IMG/VR virus record: IMGVR_UViG_3300032335_000453 | Coordinates: 1 to 40,827 of that record | DNA length: 40,827 nucleotides | Strand: one strand, 5' to 3' | Origin: a virus | Taxonomy: Duplodnaviria; Caudoviricetes | Part shown: positions 19,054-25,951 of the stretch, piece after piece | Position numbering within the stretch: the first letter of the stretch is position 1 | Layout of the letters: each line of letters starts with the position of its first letter | The notes under the pieces: model-generated | What the model saw: only the letters and a program-made list of their open reading frames with translations | What the model was told of the DNA's origin: nothing | Database searches by the model: none | Position numbers and translations under genes: made by a program

Positions 19054-19596
19054 CACCGCATCTGAATGATTGCGCCATTCTGATCCCATAATTTTCCTTA
19101 GCGAAACAAAGGGCCGTCAAGTGGCGCATCACTTGGCGGCCCTTGCCCGTTATAGCAAGTGAGGATGGGCGTGAACTCGTACCACGATGATCCAACAACA
19201 ACGGCTTTGGAGAACCAAAACTCTTTACCCGTTTGAGAAGAGGAGAAACACCCTGCCTTTATTTTTAAACCTCTCGAATTCGAGGGGTTTAGAATTGGAG
19301 GGCAGTAGTTTCTTTTCCTTTCTGACAGGCTTTCCCATATGGCTATGGGGGGATCAGGGGGTGTTTGCTTTACTCTTTGCTTTTCTTTAGCCTTGGGATA
19401 TGTAGTTTGATTCAGATGAAATCCCTTCTAAAGCAATTCATAGGCATTATAGCCTATCTCAATGGATATTGCCCCTCTTGCTGGAAAGAATTAAACACTT
19501 GCACTGGTTCAGCTTGCCATGTATGCAAGGTCGCAGGATACATCAAACCACAAAAGATTTGGCAAAGGTTTACATCATCAATCTAATCTAAAATCT

Positions 19597-19914
19597 ATGA
19601 CTCCAGAAACCGATGCCGCAAAAATTTGGAGTGAGGCATACTATTATGGTTTCAATAAATACATTTCTGGAAGCAAAGAACACAAATCACAATTCTGGAC
19701 TGCTGGTGCTGCATGGTATGCCAAAAATCTGAGAGACGAACAACTGGATCTCATCAGTTATCTGCACCACCTTTCTGAACGAATCAAGCTAGTTGAGCTA
19801 TTGGCAAATATGATGGAAGAAGAAGAAATTTCCTTGCGTGATGCAAGCCACCTATTGAAAAGCCTTGTATCCGATAGACCTCCTCAATCTTTGCCACATC
19901 AATCAAATGACTAA
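19597..19914 (+). CDS. MazG-like all-alpha nucleotide pyrophosphohydrolase-like protein
   Basis: KYISGSKEH...LRDEQLDLISYL resembles the ExxD helix of all-alpha NTP pyrophosphatases; start at ATG 19597. Confidence 0.45.
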   Translation: MTPETDAAKIWSEAYYYGFNKYISGSKEHKSQFWTAGAAWYAKNLRDEQLDLISYLHHLSERIKLVELLANMMEEEEISLRDASHLLKSLVSDRPPQSLPHQSND

Positions 19915-20707
19915 AAATCCTGTCGGGGCAGTTGTTGTTTCCGATCTCCATTGCGGTTCTTCAGTAGGCTTGTGGCCTGATAATCACATCACATCTACTG
20001 GCAATAAAGTTGGCCTTGGCAACAATCTTCACCAACGATGGCTTTGGCAATGTTGGAACGACATCCAGAAGAAAATAAAAGATCACTTTAAGGGAGATCC
20101 ATTTGCCTTAATTGTAAATGGAGATTGCATTGAAGGTAGGCATCATGGAACTACAGAGGTAGTTGTATCTTTAAATTTTGACCATGCCCTTGCCGCCATT
20201 GAGTGTCTAAAGCCACTAGCCAAACTTGCTTCAGTAACCTATATGACGGCTGGCACAGAATGCCACGTTGGAGATTGGGAAAAAATGATTTGCAAGGAAA
20301 TCGGTGGCAAATGGCTAGGAGACAAAGGGCTTGTTGAAATGAACGGAACGCTCATGGACATTGCCCATCATATGCCTACAAGTGCTAGGGCATACCTAGA
20401 GGCAGGAGCAATGTCTATAACGATGGGCAACGCTCGACAGAATTACTCTCGTGTTGGTCATAGGGTTCCAAAAATATATTTAAGAGGCCATAGGCACACG
20501 GGAGGACTTTTTAATGATGGATCAGGCATATTTATGGTCACACCAGCTTGGCAACTTTTGACACGATATGGTCACAAGGTAGTCGGAGATTCAATATGCC
20601 GACCCGGATTTGGGATTATAGATTGGCGTGGATGCGCTAAAGGAGAATTACCAGCAACCAAACTTAAATTATACGAGCCAAAGGAAACAAATCCTTTTCA
20701 GACATGA
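19907..20707 (+). CDS. calcineurin-like metallophosphoesterase
   Basis: SDLHCG, NGDCIEG, GTECH, AHH and GHRH motifs. Confidence 0.85.
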   Translation: MTKNPVGAVVVSDLHCGSSVGLWPDNHITSTGNKVGLGNNLHQRWLWQCWNDIQKKIKDHFKGDPFALIVNGDCIEGRHHGTTEVVVSLNFDHALAAIECLKPLAKLASVTYMTAGTECHVGDWEKMICKEIGGKWLGDKGLVEMNGTLMDIAHHMPTSARAYLEAGAMSITMGNARQNYSRVGHRVPKIYLRGHRHTGGLFNDGSGIFMVTPAWQLLTRYGHKVVGDSICRPGFGIIDWRGCAKGELPATKLKLYEPKETNPFQT

Positions 20708-21213
20708 AAAAAGGATATACCAGAGAAGATGGCAAAATATTCTGGTCTTATGACAAAAAAGCTAAAAATGGGGAATATTGGGTAACGCCAGAAAGATTTT
20801 TATCTCTTATTGAAAATAAAAAAAGGCATGAAAAAAATAGGGTTAGAGATAAAGAAAAAATGCATTTCTATAAAATATCTTGGAGAAAAAATAATATAGA
20901 AAAAGCAAGATTAGCACAAAGAAATTGGAATAGATTAAATAAAGATAAACTAAACTCAATTTACGCAAAAAGAAGATCACGAATAAAAAATGCAATTTTG
21001 ATGTTACATAAAGATCAAGAAAAAATTATTAATGTTTTATATTCTGCGTGTCGAAGAATCTCTAAATGCATTGGCATAATTCATCATATTGATCACATTC
21101 AACCAATTTCAAAAGGCGGCTATCATATTCACACAAATCTCCAAATTTTGCCAGCAACCATTAACTTAAAAAAATCAAATTATTATGAGCCAAAAGAAAA
21201 TAAACCCATCTGA
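20704..21213 (+). CDS. HNH homing endonuclease
   Basis: HHIDHIQPISKGGYHIHTNLQILPATINLKKSN; AT-rich relative to flanks. Confidence 0.9.
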   Translation: MKKGYTREDGKIFWSYDKKAKNGEYWVTPERFLSLIENKKRHEKNRVRDKEKMHFYKISWRKNNIEKARLAQRNWNRLNKDKLNSIYAKRRSRIKNAILMLHKDQEKIINVLYSACRRISKCIGIIHHIDHIQPISKGGYHIHTNLQILPATINLKKSNYYEPKENKPI

Positions 21214-21454
21214 ATCTGAACTGCGTAATTCTGCTTACGACTGGATTAATAAAACAGAAGAATATACAGTAGAAAATGTTCCTGAAGGTTGGCTTACTTG
21301 CCAGCAAATCTGTGAATTAAAAAACATATCTACAGGGCAAGCAGAAGTATTGGTAAAAAAGATGGTCAACAATGGAGAATGGCAAAAGAAAAAATTCAGG
21401 ATTAGAATAGGCGGGGCAGGGGTAAAGCCAGTTATGCATTATACTGGAAAATGA
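21185..21454 (+). CDS. putative helix-turn-helix DNA-binding protein
   Basis: PEGWLTCQQICELKNISTGQAEVLVKKMV resembles a winged HTH. Confidence 0.5.
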   Translation: MSQKKINPSESELRNSAYDWINKTEEYTVENVPEGWLTCQQICELKNISTGQAEVLVKKMVNNGEWQKKKFRIRIGGAGVKPVMHYTGK

Positions 21455-21825
21455 AAAAACCATCCGAATACTATCTAGATATAGGTATTTGGAGATCAGG
21501 ATGTTGGATTGTTTATCCTGTCAATAGAAAACAAGCAGAGGAATGGTTAAACAATAAATTTAAGTCTAATGATCCCTTTGAAGTTCCTTCTCTTGATACA
21601 GCACAAGCAGTCTCTTTAAACTATAGCCCTTTCTTCATATTCCTCACAGAATGGAAATTTGATGCAGAGAATATAGCAGTTCTAACGCATGAATGTGTCC
21701 ACGTTGCCAATTATATTCTTGATAGATGTGGCGTAAAAGAAAAGGAATCCTGCGACGAGGCATTGGCATACCTAGTCGGCTACCTTGTAGAGAGCTTTCT
21801 AAAAGCCCTTACAAAGAAAATTTAA
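21451..21825 (+). CDS. HExxH zincin-like metalloprotein
   Basis: LTHECVH...DEALAYLVGYL. Confidence 0.6.
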   Translation: MKKPSEYYLDIGIWRSGCWIVYPVNRKQAEEWLNNKFKSNDPFEVPSLDTAQAVSLNYSPFFIFLTEWKFDAENIAVLTHECVHVANYILDRCGVKEKESCDEALAYLVGYLVESFLKALTKKI

Positions 21826-22019
21826 GCAAAGGTCAGAAGATCACTTTGATGATGAGCAATAAGCTGAAGGATCGCCTTTCCCTCATCAGTAGCAACGTGG
21901 CCCGTTCCTTGGCACTTCCAGCAAGGCTCTCCTTGACCTTCATCGTACCAATCGGTTCCTGTACCACCGCACTCATTGCACACCTTTTCAAGTGTCATCT
22001 GTTTGAATAGATTATTCAT
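21822..22019 (-). CDS. anti-TRAP (RtpA)-like zinc-finger protein
   Basis: LEKVCNECGGTG...PCWKCQGTGHVATDEGKAILQLIAHH matches the anti-TRAP layout (two CxxCxGxG plus C-terminal helix); GGAGAG RBS and own promoter. Confidence 0.65.
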   Translation of the reverse strand: MNNLFKQMTLEKVCNECGGTGTDWYDEGQGEPCWKCQGTGHVATDEGKAILQLIAHHQSDLLTFA

Positions 22020-22031
22020 ACAAACTCTCCA

Positions 22032-22057
22032 TTGACGGATTTTTTTATTCCTGTCAA
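22032..22057. promoter_or_regulatory. overlapping divergent -35 boxes
   Basis: TTGACG on + (22032) and TTGACA on - (22052-22057) between two divergent genes. Confidence 0.45.
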
Positions 22058-22075
22058 CACTTTTTTACAAAATAA

Positions 22076-22294
22076 ATGAAACAAAAAGATTTGCTAGATA
22101 AAGCCAAGGAACTCGCTAATCTTGGAGAAGACTATGGAGCAATCGTTGGACAGCTAGAGGCAAACAACCAGCTTTTGCTTAAACACTATGTACTCAACCT
22201 TCCTGAAGAACTTGCCTGTAAAACAATTTATGGGAAAGTCGCGTGGGCAAATAGGGAGAATGTCCCTAAAGGCAGGGGAAGGCCACGCAAATAA
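22076..22294 (+). CDS. small protein with C-terminal AT-hook
   Basis: Ends PKGRGRPRK. Confidence 0.55.
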   Translation: MKQKDLLDKAKELANLGEDYGAIVGQLEANNQLLLKHYVLNLPEELACKTIYGKVAWANRENVPKGRGRPRK

Positions 22295-22330
22295 TACCCT
22301 TTGGTGTAACGGTAGCACATCGCCCTTTTG
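22295..22330 (+). pseudogene. 5' half of a second tRNA-Gln
   Basis: TACCCTT-TGGTGTAACGGTAGCAC-A-TCGCC-CTTTTG: acceptor strand, D-arm identical to the adjacent tRNA, and anticodon 5' strand; no 3' half found. Confidence 0.6.
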
Positions 22331-22399
22331 CCGAATGGTGTAACGGTAGCACCGATCCCTTTGGAGGATCTTGTCTAGGTTCAAATCCTAGTTCGGCAG
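22329..22399 (+). tRNA. tRNA-Gln(TTG)
   Basis: Acceptor TGCCGAA/TTCGGCA, anticodon arm GATCC-CTTTGGA-GGATC, T arm CTAGG-TTCAAAT-CCTAG; no encoded CCA. Confidence 0.92.
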
Positions 22400-22455
22400 T
22401 TTTTCCCTGCGTAAGTTTTTGTTTGGCTATGACAATTGGGACACAATAATTGTTT

Positions 22456-22537
22456 CATATCGGGTATAATTCGTCGCCACAGACGAGTAATGTGACATAT
22501 CGGGTGTAGTATCGTCGTTTATGGCGAATAACGCACT
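22456..22537. repeat. two diverged 40-bp tandem units, each with a hairpin
   Basis: CATATCGGGTATAAT-TCGTCG at 22456 and CATATCGGGTGTAGTATCGTCG at 22496. Confidence 0.65.
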
Positions 22538-22603
22538 AGCTATGGTGCCGTGCATGGTTTACAAAACCTTGACATAACTGCAAACATGTGTAGAGTTTGT
22601 AAC

Positions 22604-22679
22604 GCAGTCCAATGTTCCAAGGTAGGCGAGAAGGTCTCCAAAACCATCTGGCTTGGTTCGATTCCAAGGGGCTGTGCCA
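22604..22679 (+). tRNA. tRNA-Trp(CCA)
   Basis: Acceptor GCAGTCC/GGGCTGT, loop CTCCAAA, T arm CTTGG-TTCGATT-CCAAG, encoded CCA; atypical D arm; TTGACA-16 nt-TAGAGT upstream at 22569-22596. Confidence 0.85.
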
Positions 22680-22680
22680 A

Positions 22681-22836
22681 TATCTCGCGGGGATCTTCGG
22701 TGAACCGCTGTCCCAAGGACACGCCGCAAGGACTCTAAGGGTGCTTATCTCGGGGGAGGCAATGAGGGGGAATCTTGATCGGGTGTGACCCAATGGGTAA
22801 CTGGTCTTGAATCTAGCGACCTGATCCTCCTCCGAC
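22681..22836 (+). ncRNA. putative structured ncRNA(s)
   Basis: CTTCGG and CCGCAAGG tetraloop-type sequences, TGTCC/GGACA hairpin, 10-bp closing stem TCGGGGGAGG/CCTCCTCCGA. Confidence 0.4.
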
Positions 22837-22842
22837 CTTTTT

Positions 22843-22918
22843 CAATCACCGATTCGTACAGTGGAAGTATCCCGCCATAGCGGGAGACGGAGTGTTCGAT
22901 TCCTCCATCGGCTGATTG
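22843..22918 (+). ncRNA. tRNA-like element with aberrant anticodon arm
   Basis: D arm GTAC-AGTGGAA-GTAT, T loop GTTCGATTC, acceptor CAATCA-CCGAT/ATCGG-C-TGATTG; anticodon arm CCCGC-CATA-GCGGG. Confidence 0.5.
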
Positions 22919-22991
22919 TTTATCCCCTGCGCTCAAATTCACCCATGAGGGGAATTTCACAGCACGAACTTAAACAAGTAATGTTTCCATC

Positions 22992-23164
22992 ATGCGACAT
23001 ATTTGCCGATTATGTAGCGTAAAGTTTACATTGCACACTACACTTCCCGTGTGTATCGTGCACAATTTGTTTACCATTCCTAGACAGATATGGACAAATG
23101 TAGGGGTTTTGTAAGAAAAACTGCCCACTTTTTCTTACAAGAGTTATTTTTTAGTAGTAATAAC
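22992..23164. repeat. chain of unrelated inverted repeats
   Basis: Five or six back-to-back dyads, including the perfect TTGTAAGAAAAA-N8-TTTTTCTTACAA (23109-23140). Confidence 0.65.
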
Positions 23165-23166
23165 CA

Positions 23167-23379
23167 TTGTTGTGTGGTAATTATGATCTGATGAGAAATG
23201 CCGATTTGCTGGAGTGCGAAATGGTTTCATTGAATAGTGGATGCCCATATTGCCAATCCAACATTGATTCATGGTACGGACTTGGCTTGTCGGTTTATGA
23301 TTGCATGTCAAAAGAAACTATAGATGGGAAAATCCAGCAAAGCGATCTATGCAAAGATAAATGTAAGCATCTGGATTAA
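23167..23379 (+). CDS. small Cys-containing hypothetical protein
   Basis: GCPYCQS...YDCMS...QSDLC; start uncertain. Confidence 0.35.
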   Translation: MLCGNYDLMRNADLLECEMVSLNSGCPYCQSNIDSWYGLGLSVYDCMSKETIDGKIQQSDLCKDKCKHLD

Positions 23380-23549
23380 AGCAAATAGTACGCAATCAAT
23401 AGAATCCAATGGTTCTCTGATTATACCCGATAAGGAATAAAATGGCCTATATGTCAAAAACTACCCCTTTTCGGGTATAAGCTTTGTCTTGTCATCCAAC
23501 CCATATCTTTTATCCTTACCCTGCCAGTAACAACAAACCAAACCTAACT

Positions 23550-23720
23550 ATGTCCAACAAAGAAATCCTACAAGAAAACGAAGAACTCAAAAGAATCATC
23601 ATCAACATCGTAGAGTCCCTGTCAGAGATCCTACACTACGTCCATGACGTTATAGAGATTGATGACGAAGAAGTTGATGAAGAAGTTGAAGAAGATTGCT
23701 GTTCCTCCTGCGGTAAGTAA
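23550..23720 (+). CDS. small acidic protein
   Basis: MSNKEILQENEELK... after an A/C-rich leader; followed by a terminator. Confidence 0.55.
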   Translation: MSNKEILQENEELKRIIINIVESLSEILHYVHDVIEIDDEEVDEEVEEDCCSSCGK

Positions 23721-23731
23721 TCTCCATATCT

Positions 23732-23788
23732 AACCCCCTTTTGGTTACAACTTGACGGGTTGTGGGGAAGCCAAGAGGGGGTTTTTTT
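23732..23788. terminator. Rho-independent terminator between convergent genes
   Basis: AACCCCCTTTTGGTT...AGCCAAGAGGGGGTT followed by a T run. Confidence 0.65.
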
Positions 23789-23999
23789 ATTGCCCTGATT
23801 CCTCGCCCTTCTCAATCCCAAATGTAGCATTCTGCCACATTCTTAGCTGACTGCTATTAAAATGCTTTATAGACCCATCCTTGCTCAAACAAACAGTCCA
23901 TACGTCATTCTCAAACATCCCACTACTCTCCACATAGATTGCATACCCATCGCCCATAGGCGTTACCACAGGCATAGGATGCCTAAACTCGTGGATCAC
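23787..23999 (-). CDS. conserved phage hypothetical protein
   Basis: PMPVVTPMGDGYAIYV...NDVWTV...NATFG; coupled to the upstream gene. Confidence 0.6.
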   Translation of the reverse strand: MIHEFRHPMPVVTPMGDGYAIYVESSGMFENDVWTVCLSKDGSIKHFNSSQLRMWQNATFGIEKGEESGQ

Positions 24000-24364
24000 T
24001 TTAAGAACGTCAGCTTGTAAATAGTAGAATCAATCAATGCCGCAATCTCATCCACCATATTCTGAATCTCACTCTCATCACCCAACACATACCTCCCCTC
24101 CTCCAGAACAAGATTCAGATACACCAGATACTCCAAAGCATCCCTATGCTCAGTCACCTCTACAACCTGATCAGGGTAATCAATCAGCGCACCATGCTTG
24201 CCCTGCCACGCCTCAACCACCCCATCAACCAAGTCAGGCATCCCCTGATAAAACCCTTGCAACGCCTTATGTTCAGAATAACTCATGCTCCTCAAATGCA
24301 ACACATGGGCAATCGTAGCTGAGTTCAGTAAGGTAATAAGCAGTTCGCCTTCAGTCATAGTCAA
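23996..24364 (-). CDS. ferritin/Dps-like four-helix protein (DUF5856-like)
   Basis: AHVLHLRSMSYSEHKALQGFY...LVDGVVEAWQG and TIYKLTFL. Confidence 0.7.
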   Translation of the reverse strand: MTMTEGELLITLLNSATIAHVLHLRSMSYSEHKALQGFYQGMPDLVDGVVEAWQGKHGALIDYPDQVVEVTEHRDALEYLVYLNLVLEEGRYVLGDESEIQNMVDEIAALIDSTIYKLTFLK

Positions 24365-24597
24365 GCCACGCTACAGGCCATTCTTGCGTCTGTAAAGCCT
24401 ATTTTAGAATATATCCTAATCCAACATATCCTACTTTAGATTATATCTTAATTCTACAAGGATCTTTCAATAGAGGAAACTCCAGAATAGGGATTTTTTT
24501 TCATTGGGGCATGTCGCATATACGTCCCAAAATTTCTAGGGGTGTTGGTAGGGGCGCCACCCGTAATAGATTCCTTAGTATGGGAGAGCCTAGCGTT

Positions 24598-25203
24598 CTA
24601 AGGATCGTTTGGGGCTGGCTGATCTTCGCTGACGATCTCCGCGTCAATTACGGTGGAAGCATCTCGCAACGTTGGAGTGTGCGGGACTGATTGCGACTGA
24701 CCAAGTTGAGTGGCAGGGCCGGAAGACTTGCCGAGTGACACGATCATCAGGAACGGATTGCTTGCCTGCGGTTGCCTGTCTTGAAACCTATCCCCTGACA
24801 TAATGTTATCTTCCTTTAAAGCGTCCATTTTACTAACTAACTTAACAACACGCCTAACATTGCCCTCCTTGTCTACCTCTTCCCTTACTTCCTGCACTAG
24901 ATCGCCATCAACTTTCCCGCTCGACAGATCAGCCCTCAAACACCTAGCGAGCCAAGCGCGCTTTTCATTGGCAGTGAGAACCATTTCACCGTGTTGTTTC
25001 TCTCTCAGTTTAGAAACAAAGGCTTTTATACGTGGCTGTTTTAAAAGCTTGCATCCGTAACTTGAGGCATCGTCGATTCTCCCTGAGCTGATTTTGTAAC
25101 CAGCTTTCAAAACTGATTGCCCAATTGAGAGCCCGTCCAAAATATGAGCTTTTACGAAAGATATTTGACGCTTGTTTAGGTGTGGTCTGCTTGTTTGAGG
25201 CAT
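24598..25203 (-). CDS. terS: terminase small subunit
   Basis: LNKRQISFV...QSVLKAGY...GCKLLKQPRIKAFV...VLTANEKRAWLA matches the TerS HTH plus oligomerisation pattern. Confidence 0.8.
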   Translation of the reverse strand: MPQTSRPHLNKRQISFVKAHILDGLSIGQSVLKAGYKISSGRIDDASSYGCKLLKQPRIKAFVSKLREKQHGEMVLTANEKRAWLARCLRADLSSGKVDGDLVQEVREEVDKEGNVRRVVKLVSKMDALKEDNIMSGDRFQDRQPQASNPFLMIVSLGKSSGPATQLGQSQSVPHTPTLRDASTVIDAEIVSEDQPAPNDP

Positions 25204-25243
25204 CGGGGCTTTTTACCTTGTATCATTCACCTTGTCAACCTGT

Positions 25244-25307
25244 GCCCCTTCGCTTCGCTCCGGGGTGACTCGGCTTCGCCTCGCCCCTTCGGGGTTGGCT
25301 TCGCCAA
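25244..25307. repeat. cluster of CTTCG/GCGAAGC mini-hairpins
   Basis: CTTCG five times in 56 bp; GCTTCGC at 25252, 25273 and 25298. Confidence 0.65.
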
Positions 25308-25566
25308 TCGGAGGTTGTTTGATTTGCTGGGATAGGGTGAGAGACTAGGAAAGCAAAGGAGCGAAGAGAGTAGCTTTCAGCCTTGAGCTATGAACTAAGG
25401 ATTATACTTCGATTGTATCCACCTCACGGGAAACGTGTCAAGACTTTTCCACTTGTCTCTTTATGTCGTGCTGTTGTCTTGCCTTTGTCTTACTGGGTAA
25501 AATATCTTACAAGGCGCAACGGCTGGAGGCTGATTCTATGGGCATGAAAAAAGATTAAAATATCTT

Positions 25567-25595
25567 TTGACATTCTTGTAGTGCTATGGCATGAT
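25567..25595 (+). promoter_or_regulatory. early sigma70-like promoter
   Basis: TTGACA-17 nt-CATGAT with an AT-rich UP-like tract, ahead of the small-gene run. Confidence 0.65.
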
Positions 25596-25660
25596 GATTC
25601 CCGTGATGAAGATCACAAAAAAAGCAACCAACACCCAAGCCAACACCAAAAGGAGACACC

Positions 25661-25930
25661 ATGACAACGACAACCGAAAACCCATACGGGGTGAACTGGT
25701 CGAATATCGACCTTGATTCCCACGAAGCCGGATATTCCATCATTGATGACTATACGTTCGAAGATTTGCTATTAGAAGTTAATTGCAATCTTCCGACGAT
25801 TAACGAGGCGACAATCATGCGCCAGTTTGAAGACGCACTTCAATCTCGCATCCATTCCGCTCGTGAAGCAATGCGCGACAATCTTGCAAACATTGCAAGA
25901 CACGCGCAAGCATACAGGAACCAAGATTAA
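25661..25930 (+). CDS. early hypothetical protein
   Basis: AAAGGAG RBS; first gene after the early promoter. Confidence 0.7.
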   Translation: MTTTTENPYGVNWSNIDLDSHEAGYSIIDDYTFEDLLLEVNCNLPTINEATIMRQFEDALQSRIHSAREAMRDNLANIARHAQAYRNQD

Positions 25931-25951
25931 ACCACAAAAGGAGAAAACACC

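Noticed and set aside
22295-22399. Prophage attachment site at the duplicated tRNA segment
   Set aside because: No integrase in the window, both sides are phage-like, and the duplicated part is the D arm of a phage-borne tRNA
22400-23500. CRISPR or mini-CRISPR array, given the Cas4-like nuclease elsewhere in the window
   Set aside because: Only two diverged 40-bp units and no constant repeat with regular spacers; the nuclease sits in a standard RecT-exonuclease-SSB module
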